Both the position numbers and the translations under genes were made by a program. The notes beneath the pieces were generated by a model. That model was not told where the DNA came from. It was given only the letters and a program-made list of their open reading frames with translations, and did no database searches. Positions 9,107-19,263 of a stretch of 46,287 nucleotides of DNA are shown here, one piece after another (position 1 is the stretch's first letter; every line of letters begins with the position of its first letter). Location of the stretch: NCBI GenBank assembly GCA_040770465.1, contig JAXGJB010000018.1, positions 1 through 46,287 of the forward strand. Direction: 5' to 3'. This stretch comes from Methanothrix sp. GTDB lineage: Archaea; Halobacteriota; Methanosarcinia; Methanotrichales; Methanotrichaceae.

Positions 9107-9877
9107 ATGCCGAGGATCAACGTCTACGCCATCTACAGCCTCTGGCTTCGGGAGATGATCCGCTTCTTCAGGCTGAAGAGCCGGGTCTTCGGCTCCCTCG
9201 CCCCGCCCTTCTTCTTCCTCGCCTTCCTCGGCTTCGGCTTCCGGTCGGCGGCGATGCCCGCAATCCCCGAGGGCGTCGACTACATCAGCTTCCTCGCGCC
9301 TGGGATCATCGGGATGACCCTCCTATTCTCGTCGACCTTCGGGGGGCTATCGATGCTCTGGGACCGGGAGTTTGGCTTTCTCCGGGAGATCATGGTCGCC
9401 CCTGTGTCCAGGCTCTCGATCGTCATCGGCCGGACCGCGGGCGGCGTCACCACCGCCGTGATGCAGGGGCTGATAATCCTCGTCCCCGGGATGGTCATGG
9501 GCCTGGAGATATCCGGCCTCGGCGGCTTTCTCCTCTCCCTCGTATTCATGGTCCTGATCGCCACCACCTTCAACAGTCTGGGCCTCGCCTTCGCCTCCCG
9601 GATGAAGGACATGTCCGGCTTCTCGCTGATCATGAACTTCATGGTCTTCCCGCTATTCCTGCTGTCGGGGGCCCTCTTCCCCATATCGAACCTCCCCCCG
9701 TGGCTTCGGAGCCTCTCCTACCTCGACCCCCTCACCTACGGCGTCGACGGCCTCCGGGGGTCCCTGGTGGGGGTCAGCGCCTTCCCTCTCGCCCTCGACC
9801 TTGGAATCCTGGCGGTCTGCTGCGTGGGGGCCCTGGGCCTCGGAGCTTACCTATTCGAGAAGAGCGACGTGGAGTGA
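9107..9877 (+). CDS. ABC-2 type exporter permease (DrrB-like)
   Basis: About six hydrophobic helices; DREFGFLREIMVAP, LSGALFP, PLTY motifs; coupled to the ATPase. Confidence 0.92.
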   Translation: MPRINVYAIYSLWLREMIRFFRLKSRVFGSLAPPFFFLAFLGFGFRSAAMPAIPEGVDYISFLAPGIIGMTLLFSSTFGGLSMLWDREFGFLREIMVAPVSRLSIVIGRTAGGVTTAVMQGLIILVPGMVMGLEISGLGGFLLSLVFMVLIATTFNSLGLAFASRMKDMSGFSLIMNFMVFPLFLLSGALFPISNLPPWLRSLSYLDPLTYGVDGLRGSLVGVSAFPLALDLGILAVCCVGALGLGAYLFEKSDVE

Positions 9878-9932
9878 CGGCGGCTCTGATTTCCTGGAGG
9901 ATCAGATCAGAGCGCCATCATTTTCTTGCTCT

Positions 9933-11732
9933 TCAATCAGAGTTCATCGGATTTGCCAGAGGATACCGATCGACGCTCTCGCCACCGGGGATGGCGCGCT
10001 CTGAGTCGCAGATCCCGTCACTGTCGGCGTCGGTGCATTCGAAGTCGGTGTAGTAGTTTCCGACGGTCCCATTGTCCCACTGGTTACTGGCATCGTCGTA
10101 GGCGTTCTTCACCCTTTCATCTTGAGCAGATCCAAGGAGCGATCCGATCAACGGAGACGTTGTTTTTATGCCAGTGTCGCCAGCGGCGTTATCGACGAGG
10201 TCGTTTTGATAGAGGAGATTGTCCCAGGACTTTTGGAGCTTGATCCCGCCCATCACGTTTCGGGTGACGTTGTTGCCAACTACGACGTTATCATCGCATT
10301 CTGCCAGGCTTATGCCAGCCCAGTTGTTGTACGCGACGTCGTTATCCTGGACGATGTTCTCCTCGCAGCCGAGGTAGAGGCCGATCCCACCCCATTCGTT
10401 GTTATCGGCTCTGTTTCTTCTGATGACGTTTTCGCGGCAGTCGTCGAGATCGATGCCGTTGCCCGCGTTGTAGCTGGCGTTGTTCTCTTCGATGATGTTC
10501 TCATCGCTGGATGAGTAAAGGCCGATCCCGCCAGCATTGTAGCAGACTTTGTTCTCGGCGATGGTGTTGCCAATCGAATCCATAAGCTGGATGCCATAGT
10601 TCTCGCTCAGCGAGATGTCGTTTTCGAAAATCTGGTTATAGTTGCCTCCGTCCCAAAGAGTAATGCCCAATAGATTGCTGCTGGCGTTATTGGCAGTTAT
10701 GGTGTTGTTGTTGCTAAACTTGCAGAGCCCGATTCCCCATTCATTGTGGATGGCATCATTGCTCACGATGGTGTTATTGGAAGAACTCTCTAGGTAAACG
10801 CCATACACACCGTTGCTGTTTAGGACGTTCGCCTCAATGACGTTATTGTCGCAGTTTTCTGATATGGATATTCCGCTCTCGCCGTTTTGGCTGAAATCAT
10901 TTCCCGATACGTTGTTTCTGAAGGATCCCATGAGCTTTAGACCGCTCTTCCCGTTATCTTGAGCTCTGTTCCTTGATAAGGTGTTGTCGTTTCCCCTGAG
11001 CACGAGTCCATAAAAAGGGTTCTCGCTGACATCGTTATTCGCAATGAGGTTATTCGAGCCAGATACCCAGATGCCATCTCCAATAGTACCAGATTTGACG
11101 GCTTTGTTGCCTATGATGGTGTTGTTGTCGCTTGCTGAGAGGACGATTCCAACTTCAAAGCTTTCGCTGACGATGTTGTCTTCGATCGTACTGTCGCTGG
11201 CGTTTAAGATGAACATTCCACATTCGCTATAGGTGATGTTGTTCTTCTCAACAGAACTGTTGCTGGAGTAGGCAACCGCGATCCCCGCACTGTTGAGGAC
11301 GGCTGTGTTATTTGCAACGGCGCAGTTATCGGAGCCGTTGATGAGAATGCCGACGTACTCCAGGTAGAGGTTGTCACCCTCTTCATCGAGCCTGGTTTCG
11401 TCCTCCGACTCAGAAGTTCTGACCGATTTTGTCACCACGAACCCTTCGACCTTTATTCCATCTTCGTTGAGGGAGATGGCTGGACCCTTCGCCGAGGCGT
11501 CGACGACGGGCTTTCCTCCGCCTGTATCCACGCCCAATAGCGTCAGCATCTTGTCCACGTTCAAGTTCTCCTGATATGTTCCGCTCTGGACCTCGATCAC
11601 ATCTCCAGGGTTCGCCCCGTCGATGGCGTCCTGTATCTTCTCGCCAGGCCCCACCATGATCTCTTCCGCCACTGCAAAATGGATCAGAGAGATCGCCAGA
11701 AACAAAATCATCTCCAACTTCATAACAATCAC
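9933..11732 (-). CDS. Secreted right-handed parallel beta-helix (NosD/CASH-type) surface protein
   Basis: Signal peptide; [22 protein letters not shown]; many GI.L..S.NN.I..N repeats; C-terminal GNYY.D...DSDGICD...DRYPL. Confidence 0.87.
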   Translation of the reverse strand: MIVMKLEMILFLAISLIHFAVAEEIMVGPGEKIQDAIDGANPGDVIEVQSGTYQENLNVDKMLTLLGVDTGGGKPVVDASAKGPAISLNEDGIKVEGFVVTKSVRTSESEDETRLDEEGDNLYLEYVGILINGSDNCAVANNTAVLNSAGIAVAYSSNSSVEKNNITYSECGMFILNASDSTIEDNIVSESFEVGIVLSASDNNTIIGNKAVKSGTIGDGIWVSGSNNLIANNDVSENPFYGLVLRGNDNTLSRNRAQDNGKSGLKLMGSFRNNVSGNDFSQNGESGISISENCDNNVIEANVLNSNGVYGVYLESSSNNTIVSNDAIHNEWGIGLCKFSNNNTITANNASSNLLGITLWDGGNYNQIFENDISLSENYGIQLMDSIGNTIAENKVCYNAGGIGLYSSSDENIIEENNASYNAGNGIDLDDCRENVIRRNRADNNEWGGIGLYLGCEENIVQDNDVAYNNWAGISLAECDDNVVVGNNVTRNVMGGIKLQKSWDNLLYQNDLVDNAAGDTGIKTTSPLIGSLLGSAQDERVKNAYDDASNQWDNGTVGNYYTDFECTDADSDGICDSERAIPGGESVDRYPLANPMNSD

Positions 11733-11910
11733 TTCTATCCATTTTGGAGCTTTTACTTCATAAACTTATCGGAAAATTTAGAGAGATCGCTTCCGTTCGA
11801 GGTTGCCGGAAGAGGTGGGATCGAGGCGGTCGACTATGCAATAGGCTCGGGCCCATCGATCCTCCAAATTTGAGAAAAGGATTTATCTTGGACTGGTCAG
11901 ATGGGGTTTC

Positions 11911-12888
11911 ATGCTCCCTGCTCTCCTCTGGGCTCTCGTCTTCGTCGGAAGCCTCGCCGTCCTGGTGAAGGCCTCGGACTATTTCACCGACTCCGCCGAG
12001 AGGATCGGCATCGCCTTCGGGATATCCCCCTTCATCATCGGCGTCACCATCGTCGCCGTGGGCACCTCGACCCCGGAGCTGGTATCCTCGATTCTGGCGG
12101 TGACGAAGGGCTCCTCGGAGATCGTGGTGGGGAACGTGATGGGCTCAAACGTCACCAACATATTCCTCATCCTGGGCCTCTCCGCCATCGTCGGAAAGAA
12201 GATGGTGACCAGCTACGAGCTAGCCAACGTCGATCTTCCCTTATTCGTCGGCTCGGCTGTTCTCTTATCGCTGATGGTGGTGGACGGGGCGTTCAGCCTT
12301 CCCGAAGCCCTCCTCTGCCTCGCCCTCTTTCTCGTCTACCTCCTCTACGCCATCAGCGTCGAGAGGGTCGCCGACGAGGCGATGGAGAGGTCGATGGAGG
12401 AGATGGAGGCGGCGGGGGTGAGCCACCCGGAGAAGAGAAGGCTCGACCCGAAGGTCTATCTGACCCTGATCTTGAGCGTCTTCTTCCTCTACATCGGGGC
12501 GAGCTACACCATCGTCTCGGTGGTGAAGCTCTCGGAGATGGTGGGTATCGGGACCGAGATCATCGCCGCCAGCGCCGTAGCCCTGGGAACCTCGCTTCCG
12601 GAGCTTGTCGTGAGCGTGCGGGCCGCCGCCATGAACAAGCCGGAGCTTGCGATCGGAAACATCCTCGGCTCGAACATCTTCAACGCTCTGGGGATCATGG
12701 GCGTATCCGCCCTCTTCGGGACCCTTTTGATCCCCGAGACGATAACGAGCTTCGTCATGCCGATGATGATCATCGCCACCCTCCTCTACTTCGTCGTGAT
12801 CTGGGAGAAGGAGATGACCCTCTGGGAGGGCTGGATGATGGTTATATTCTACGTCTTCTTCCTTGGAAAGCTCTTCGGCCTCTTCTGA
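11911..12888 (+). CDS. Na+/Ca2+ (CaCA, YrbG-like) antiporter
   Basis: Two alpha repeats, GTSTPE..GNVMGSN and GTSLPE..GNILGSN. Confidence 0.92.
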   Translation: MLPALLWALVFVGSLAVLVKASDYFTDSAERIGIAFGISPFIIGVTIVAVGTSTPELVSSILAVTKGSSEIVVGNVMGSNVTNIFLILGLSAIVGKKMVTSYELANVDLPLFVGSAVLLSLMVVDGAFSLPEALLCLALFLVYLLYAISVERVADEAMERSMEEMEAAGVSHPEKRRLDPKVYLTLILSVFFLYIGASYTIVSVVKLSEMVGIGTEIIAASAVALGTSLPELVVSVRAAAMNKPELAIGNILGSNIFNALGIMGVSALFGTLLIPETITSFVMPMMIIATLLYFVVIWEKEMTLWEGWMMVIFYVFFLGKLFGLF

Positions 12889-12894
12889 TGCGGA

Positions 12895-12945
12895 GGTCGA
12901 TGGACGAGTCGATGAACGGATCGATGGACGGGTCGATGGACGGGA
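12895..12945 (+). repeat. Intergenic 12-bp tandem repeat (TCGATGRACG core, about 4 copies)
   Basis: gtcgatggacga gtcgatgaacgg atcgatggacgg gtcgatggacgg. Confidence 0.8.
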
Positions 12946-12980
12946 TAAAATATTTAACGGTTTGAAGAAGATAACCTGGC

Positions 12981-13961
12981 ATGATACGGCGGTTCGGCAT
13001 CATCATCTCCCTGGCATTTCTGGCGGCCCTCATCTGGGCTTTAAACTACGTCCATCCGGACGTCTACCTCCAGAGGGCCTTTTATACCGCCGTCGTCGTC
13101 GCCCTGATCCACCTTCTCTTCAAACACGTCTTCGAAGATGTGCTCATAAAGAGGATAACCGTCTCCAAGACCAGATACTCCTTCAAAAAGACGGTCTCGA
13201 TAGTCTACCTGGTGGTCCTGGTGGCGGTGGTGATCAACATCTGGGTCGCGGACACCCGAAGCCTCCTCATCTCTTACGGCATCGTCGCCGCGGGGATCGC
13301 CGTCGCCCTCCAGGACCTCTTCAAGAACTTCGTCGGGGGAGTGATAATATTCGTCACCGGGATATACCGGGTCGGAGACAGGGTCGAGATAAACTCTCGG
13401 AAAGGCGACGTCATCGACATCGACATCCTGTACACCACCCTCATGGAGATGGGAGAGTGGATGTCGGGAGATCAGCCGACGGGCCGGCTTACCATAATTC
13501 CGAACGGATACATCCTCTCTGGTAGCGTCAACAACTACACCAAGGATCACACCTTCCTCTGGAACGAGATAAGCGTCCCCATAACCTACGACAGCGACTG
13601 GAAGGAGGCGGTTGCCATCATCTTATCCGTCGTCAGGAGGGAGACCGAAGAGGTCGGAAAGGAGGCGGAAAAAAGCCTCTCCAGCCTTGAAGAAAAATAT
13701 TACCTTCCAAGGAAGGTGGTGGAGCCAGCGGTCTTCATAACCCTCACAGACAACTGGATAAACTTCAACATAAGATACATGACTGCGGTTCGGGAGAGGA
13801 GGATGACCAAGAACAAGCTCAGCCGCCTCATCCTCGACGAGATCGAAAAATCGGATGAAATTAGGCTTGCCTCCGCCACCATCGACATCATAGGATTCCC
13901 CGAAGTTCGGCTCGACGTCACCAAGATGGAAGCGGGGAATAGAACATCCGAAGACAGCTGA
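12981..13961 (+). CDS. Small-conductance mechanosensitive channel (MscS family)
   Basis: TM helices then ALQDLFKNFVGG..YRVGDRVEI..GDVIDI..IPN. Confidence 0.9.
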   Translation: MIRRFGIIISLAFLAALIWALNYVHPDVYLQRAFYTAVVVALIHLLFKHVFEDVLIKRITVSKTRYSFKKTVSIVYLVVLVAVVINIWVADTRSLLISYGIVAAGIAVALQDLFKNFVGGVIIFVTGIYRVGDRVEINSRKGDVIDIDILYTTLMEMGEWMSGDQPTGRLTIIPNGYILSGSVNNYTKDHTFLWNEISVPITYDSDWKEAVAIILSVVRRETEEVGKEAEKSLSSLEEKYYLPRKVVEPAVFITLTDNWINFNIRYMTAVRERRMTKNKLSRLILDEIEKSDEIRLASATIDIIGFPEVRLDVTKMEAGNRTSEDS

Positions 13962-14045
13962 GGCAAGGAGGGGGAGAGCCTACCTCCAGAAGATGAACGA
14001 AGATGAAACGTCTCAAATGGGTCCAAGAAAATCCAGGAAGGTGAG

Positions 14046-15125
14046 ATGCAGATGGCCCGGGTCTTCAAGATCAGGACAAAAAAGGTGGGGCTCGCCCCGG
14101 GAACATTAATCCACGATGGCGAGGAGAGGACCGAGCCGGTCCGGATCACAATCATGGACTACGACCTGGATCATCTCCAGGAGTTCTGCGTCACCTCCAT
14201 CGACGAGTGCGCCGACCTGAAGGCGAGCCCGTCGGTCACCTGGATAAACGTGGTTGGGGTCCACAGGCCCGAGATAGTAGAGAAGATCGGGAACTGCTTC
14301 GATATCCACCCCCTCGTCCAGGAGGACATCGTCCACACAGAACAGCGGCCCAAGATGGACGACTTCGACGATCACGTATTCATCATCCTGAGGATGCTCT
14401 CACGCTCCGAGAACGGCGACGGCGATGAGGAGATCTGGTCGGAGCAGCTGAGCCTCCTCGTCGGCCGAGGCTTCGTGATATCCTTTCAGGAGACGGAGGG
14501 AGACGTCTTCGATCCTGTAAGAGACCGGATCAGAAAGTCCAAGGGCAAGATCAGGAGAGGGGGGGCGGACTACCTCGCCTACTCCCTGATCGATGCCGTC
14601 GTAGACAGCTACTTTCTGATCCTGGAGGATGTGGGCGAGGACCTGGAGTTCCTGGAGGACGAGCTGGTGGAGAGCCCCGACAAAGATACGTCGAAGCGGA
14701 TCCACGAGATGAAGAGGGACATGATCTTCCTCCGAAAGTCGGTCTGGCCCCTCCGGGAGGTGATAAGCCGCCTCTCCCGGGGCGAGTCGGATATCTTCGA
14801 TGAGTCGACGGAGATCTACCTCAGAGACGTCTACGACCATACCGTCCAGGTGATCGAGGAGATCGAGACCTTCAGGGACGTCCTCTCGGGGATGCTGGAC
14901 ATTTACCTCTCATCGATCAGCAACAGGATGAACGAGGTGATGAAGGTCCTGACGATCATCGCCACCATCTTCATACCCCTCACCTTCGTCGCCGGGATCT
15001 ACGGGATGAACTTCGACTACATGCCCGAGCTCCACTGGCGTTTGGGCTATCCAGCGGTCCTCATATTCATGCTCGTAACAGCGATGCTGATGGTGCTCTA
15101 CTTCAGAAGGAGGGGCTGGCTTTGA
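14046..15125 (+). CDS. corA: Mg2+/Co2+ transporter CorA
   Basis: HPL..EDI..QRPK; YGMNF and MPEL signature; two C-terminal TMs. Confidence 0.95.
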   Translation: MQMARVFKIRTKKVGLAPGTLIHDGEERTEPVRITIMDYDLDHLQEFCVTSIDECADLKASPSVTWINVVGVHRPEIVEKIGNCFDIHPLVQEDIVHTEQRPKMDDFDDHVFIILRMLSRSENGDGDEEIWSEQLSLLVGRGFVISFQETEGDVFDPVRDRIRKSKGKIRRGGADYLAYSLIDAVVDSYFLILEDVGEDLEFLEDELVESPDKDTSKRIHEMKRDMIFLRKSVWPLREVISRLSRGESDIFDESTEIYLRDVYDHTVQVIEEIETFRDVLSGMLDIYLSSISNRMNEVMKVLTIIATIFIPLTFVAGIYGMNFDYMPELHWRLGYPAVLIFMLVTAMLMVLYFRRRGWL

Positions 15126-15165
15126 AGGGTCTTTTGATCGGATCAATGACCAGGTGGTCGAGAAT

Positions 15166-16236
15166 ATGCCTCTCCGCTTGATCGAGATGGTCCTCCCCGA
15201 GAAGGACAGAGAGAGCCTTGAGAAGCTGTTGACCAGAAACGACCTTCCCATCCTGGGAATCTGGACCGAGCCGATGCTGGGGATCTGGGAGCGGCCCGTA
15301 GGCGGGGTCTGGAAGAAGAGCTTCATAGAGCCTCAGATCCTGGTGAAGATCCTCGTCTCCACGACGGAGGCGGAGTCGGTGATCGACCTACTCGAAAAGA
15401 GGTTCCACAGGAGGGAAGGGTGCAGGCTGGTGGTCCTCCCCGTGGCGGCCTCGCTTCCCAGGCCCGAGCTGGCCGAAGATGGGGGTGAGGCAAAGGCCCA
15501 GCCAGGAGAGAAGACGAAGAAGAAGAGCAAGCGGATCGGGAGGGAGGAGCTTTACGCCGACGTCGCCTCGGTGGAAGTCTCCGGAATGTACGTCTTCATG
15601 GTCGTCCTATCTTCGATCGTCGCCGCCATCGGCGTCATGAAAAATAACGTTGCCGTAATAATAGGGGCGATGGTGATAGCGCCCCTCCTCCTCCCAAACG
15701 TCTCCTTCTCTTTAGCAACCATCCTCGGTGACAGGGGGCTTGCTGAAAGGGCGCTGAAGGCGAACATAGTGGGGATAGGAACCGCCGTCGTCATCTCATA
15801 CCTTTTGGGGTCGCTTCTGCCTGTCGATCCCCAAACTCCTGAGATCGCATCCAGGACCGCAGCAGGGCTCGGCGACGTAGTCCTCGCCCTGGCCTCGGGG
15901 AGCGCGGGGGCACTCGCCTTCACCACCGGGGTTTCGGCGACCCTCATCGGCGTGATGGTGGCCGTCGCCCTCCTGCCGCCCCTTGTCACCTTCGGCCTTC
16001 TGATGGGGTCGGGGCACGAGAGCCTCGCCTGGGGCGCGATGCTCCTCTTCGTCGCGAACTTCATCTCCGTCAACCTCTCGGGGGTGGCAACCTTCCTCGC
16101 CCAGGGGATCAGGCCCACCGGCTGGCGGCAGGCGAAGATGGCGAAGAGGACTTCGATCATGGCGATGGCGCTCTGGGTTCTCATGCTCGCAGTCCTCCTG
16201 GCCATAATCCTCAGGTGGCAGCCGATCTCGATATGA
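15166..16236 (+). CDS. TIGR00341/DUF389 family membrane protein
   Basis: VIIGAMVIAPLL, EIASRT, LALASGSAGALA, LIGVMVAVALLPP motifs; alternative GTG start 15154. Confidence 0.85.
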   Translation: MPLRLIEMVLPEKDRESLEKLLTRNDLPILGIWTEPMLGIWERPVGGVWKKSFIEPQILVKILVSTTEAESVIDLLEKRFHRREGCRLVVLPVAASLPRPELAEDGGEAKAQPGEKTKKKSKRIGREELYADVASVEVSGMYVFMVVLSSIVAAIGVMKNNVAVIIGAMVIAPLLLPNVSFSLATILGDRGLAERALKANIVGIGTAVVISYLLGSLLPVDPQTPEIASRTAAGLGDVVLALASGSAGALAFTTGVSATLIGVMVAVALLPPLVTFGLLMGSGHESLAWGAMLLFVANFISVNLSGVATFLAQGIRPTGWRQAKMAKRTSIMAMALWVLMLAVLLAIILRWQPISI

Positions 16237-16312
16237 ACGACGGCTGGGCAGCCGACCGCAAACCTAATACCGGAGGTGTGATCTCTGGGAATTTCCCGAG
16301 GAGGAGATCCTG

Positions 16313-17248
16313 ATGACAGAGACTACGACCCGCCCTTCCTCGACCTCATGCCAAGACTTCGATGATAGGCGCCTGGTCTCAGAGGTGAGGCGGGTTACCC
16401 TGATCGGCCTGGTCATAAACGTGGCCCTGTCCGCCCTGAAGTTCGCGGCGGGGATAGCGGGAAACAGCCAGGCGGTGGTGGCGGACGCGGTCCACAGCCT
16501 CTCGGACACCGTCACCGACGTGGCGGTCCTTGTGGGGGTCAAGTTCTGGGCGAAGCCTCCGGACGATTGCCATCCCCACGGCCACAGGAGGATCGAGTTT
16601 CTGGTGACGGTCTTCATCGGCCTCCTCCTGGCAGCCGTCGCCCTGGGGCTCTGCTACAACGCCATCGCGACCCTTCACCAGGTCCAGGGAAGTCCTCCAG
16701 GTGCTGTCGCCTTCTTCGCCGCGGCTCTTTCCATCTTCACAAAAGAGCTCCTCTACCGCTGGACGATCTCGGCGGGAAGGAAGGTCAAGTCCACGGCCCT
16801 GATCGCCAACGCATGGCATCACCGATCCGACGGCCTCAGCTCCATACCGGCGGCTGCAGCCGTCGCCGGTGCCAACCTCGTTCCAAGCCTCACCTTCCTC
16901 GACCATCTTGGAGCTATAGTCGTCTCGATCTTCATCCTCCAGGCGGCCTGGAAGATCGTGCGGCCGTCGGTGGAGCAGCTCGTCGACCAGGGGGCGCCCG
17001 AGGAGATCTGTCGAGGTATCGAGCAGCTGGCGCGCGCCACCCCGGGAGTCGAGGAGGTCCACGCCATAAGAACCCGCCACATCGGGTCCGGGATCGAGGT
17101 CGACCTCCATGTGCTGGTCGACCCCCAACTGACCGTCGAGGAGGGGCACAGCATCTCCGAAGAGGTGGAGCGGAGGCTCATCGATTACGTCTCGGACGTG
17201 GTGGACGTTGTGGTCCACCTGGAGCCTTATGAAGAGGGGAAAAAATAG
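16313..17248 (+). CDS. Cation diffusion facilitator (FieF-like)
   Basis: ADAVHSLSD, HPHGH.RIE, ANAWHHRSD, C-terminal VDLH..EGH..VHLEP. Confidence 0.93.
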   Translation: MTETTTRPSSTSCQDFDDRRLVSEVRRVTLIGLVINVALSALKFAAGIAGNSQAVVADAVHSLSDTVTDVAVLVGVKFWAKPPDDCHPHGHRRIEFLVTVFIGLLLAAVALGLCYNAIATLHQVQGSPPGAVAFFAAALSIFTKELLYRWTISAGRKVKSTALIANAWHHRSDGLSSIPAAAAVAGANLVPSLTFLDHLGAIVVSIFILQAAWKIVRPSVEQLVDQGAPEEICRGIEQLARATPGVEEVHAIRTRHIGSGIEVDLHVLVDPQLTVEEGHSISEEVERRLIDYVSDVVDVVVHLEPYEEGKK

Positions 17249-17390
17249 GCTGGAACTGGCGGATTTTTTGCACGGCGGTTATTGATGGCTTAATCCGAGC
17301 CGCCGGCTGGTGCAAAGTCCGTGTCGGAGGGGCGCGCGATGGTCCATGATGGCGCGGGAGCCCGTCGGAGCTAAATGGGGTATGAAATCT

Positions 17391-17512
17391 CTGAACGTTA
17401 AAATGACGCTTACATCTGGATATTATAGCAAATAAAACGAAAATAACACTCAATTTCTGAATTTGAACGGTTTAGGACGTTTTGATTCCATTCTGAACGG
17501 TTAACGTTCGGA
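17391..17512 (+). promoter_or_regulatory. AT-rich promoter region with repeated TGAACG(G)TT sites and an imperfect palindrome
   Basis: ctgaacgtt (17391), tgaacggtt (17464), tctgaacg-gttaa-cgttcgga (17492-17512) upstream of the 17618 gene. Confidence 0.45.
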
Positions 17513-17617
17513 CTGGTTCGGCTCTAAATTTAACTATCGTTCGAGCCCATGGGGTTTTGTTGAGGGCGGCGGTGCCGAAGTTCCGGCAGAGCCGTCCTCA
17601 ATAGTGAGGTACGAATA

Positions 17618-18541
17618 ATGAAGTCGACGAAATCGTTGATAACACTGGCGGTGGCCTGCCTTCTGGCGGTCCCTGCCTTCTCCATGCCCTGGGGCGATGG
17701 GTCCGGGTGTGGGGGGAGGTTCGACCAGCTGAACCTGACAGAAGAGGAGATGGAGAACATGACCCTGGCGGAGTTGAGGGAACTTAGGCAGGAGAGCAAC
17801 AGGGCTGAGTGTTCCATGAACCAGGGACAGATGAACCAGGGACAGATGAACCAGGGTCGGATGAATCAGGGTCGGATGAATAACGCCCCGATGGGCAGGG
17901 GATTTGGCGACTGCCTTCTTCTGATGACTGACCTGACCCCTGAAGAGATGGATAGCATGACCCTGGGCGAGCTGGAGGATCTGAGAGAGCAGAAGATGGA
18001 CGAGCTCAGCAATATGACCGCCGAGGAGATCGAGGCCCTGAGAGAAGAAAAGAGGGCCGAGATGGATAACATGACCATCGCCGAGCTGAGGGAACAGATA
18101 CAGAACGGGTTTGACCGTCCCTTCATCGGCGGCGGAGCCTGCCTTCTGGCGACAGACCTGACCGTCGAAGAGCTGGAGGGGATGACCCTGGCTCAGATCG
18201 AGGATCTGAGACAGGAGAAGATCGACCAATTGAACAACATGACCATCTCCGAGATCGAGGAGATGAACGAGCAGAAGAGGGCCGAGATGGATAACATGAC
18301 CATCGCTGAGCTGAGAGAGAGGATGGAGGTCTGTGAGATCCTCGACCTCGGTCATGGCTGCGCGGGATGCCCTCAGGGCTGCCGTGGCGACTTCGGGATG
18401 GGTGGGGCCCCATACTGCTGCGCGATTGATGGCCAGGGTTGCCAGCAAGTCCATTGTGCAGCAACCGGAGCCGGCATGCAACAGGGTAGGGGAGCGTCAG
18501 ATGGTCAGATGAACGGGGCTGTCTCCGGCGGACCAAGGTGA
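17618..18541 (+). CDS. Secreted Met/Glu-rich helical repeat protein with Cys-rich tail (hypothetical)
   Basis: Signal peptide; recurring MT(L/I)AEL.EL motif; 75-aa internal duplication; SD-like GTGAGG upstream. Confidence 0.8.
   Translation: MKSTKSLITLAVACLLAVPAFSMPWGDGSGCGGRFDQLNLTEEEMENMTLAELRELRQESNRAECSMNQGQMNQGQMNQGRMNQGRMNNAPMGRGFGDCLLLMTDLTPEEMDSMTLGELEDLREQKMDELSNMTAEEIEALREEKRAEMDNMTIAELREQIQNGFDRPFIGGGACLLATDLTVEELEGMTLAQIEDLRQEKIDQLNNMTISEIEEMNEQKRAEMDNMTIAELRERMEVCEILDLGHGCAGCPQGCRGDFGMGGAPYCCAIDGQGCQQVHCAATGAGMQQGRGASDGQMNGAVSGGPR
17816..17881 (+). repeat. 15-bp coding tandem repeat (MNQGQ/MNQGR x4)
   Basis: atgaaccagggacag x2, atgaaccagggtcgg, atgaatcagggtcgg, atgaat. Confidence 0.9.
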
Positions 18542-18721
18542 GCTTGAGGAGAATCCCAGAAACAGAATATACTCTCATCGAACTCGGGGTTGGATTGGCT
18601 TAGGAGGCTCTTTGGCCCGGAGCCCGACGCCCGACTCGAAGTGGATAACTTCCCAAATCCTTTAGTCTTTGGGTCGTGGATCTCGAGGGATTCATGACCC
18701 GAGACCTATGGGTGACCATAA

Positions 18722-19252
18722 ATGATGAAAGAGATGACAATTCCTGAACGGGTGATAGGCTCGTCGGCCTCACCGATCAAGACCATCTGTGTCAAGAGTG
18801 GCTTTGCCCTGGGGCCGGCAGGTTCGTTCTTCAAGTCGGCCCGTCCCCTCAGGATAGAGATCGAAGGGCTCAGGCTTCTCTCCCCCGCCCAGATCAAAGA
18901 TCTTCTCAACGCCAGAAGGAGCATTGAGGAGATCAAGATGCTTATCGAGGAGGAGGCGAACCCCTCCTTCATATATCGGGGGAACATGACAGTCGACAGA
19001 GAGCGATTCCGGCTGGTGGACGTGGACTTTCGATCTGAAGGTTCAGAGACCCTTCTGAAGGCCGACCTGGCAGAGGTTCGGAAGGGTCCTGAGTCGATCT
19101 GGTCCTCCGAAGTCGTGGGTGATGTCATCGGGCGGATCGAGACGAAAGAGATGGCAGAAGGCGTTGGGGATGCCGCAGGAACCCTGCTTATCAGGGAGGG
19201 GAACCTGAGCGGCAAGTACAAGGTCCATCTGAACGCCCCCTTTGGGGACTGA
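18722..19252 (+). CDS. Hypothetical protein (paralogue of the downstream gene)
   Basis: Operon position; shares GFAL/RS.EEI/RG.M...RF.LV pattern with 19264..19977. Confidence 0.7.
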   Translation: MMKEMTIPERVIGSSASPIKTICVKSGFALGPAGSFFKSARPLRIEIEGLRLLSPAQIKDLLNARRSIEEIKMLIEEEANPSFIYRGNMTVDRERFRLVDVDFRSEGSETLLKADLAEVRKGPESIWSSEVVGDVIGRIETKEMAEGVGDAAGTLLIREGNLSGKYKVHLNAPFGD

Positions 19253-19263
19253 TTCCTTTGAAG

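Noticed and set aside
9933-11732. nosD / nitrous oxide reductase cluster
   Set aside because: No nosZ/F/Y; beta-helix surface proteins are common in these methanogens
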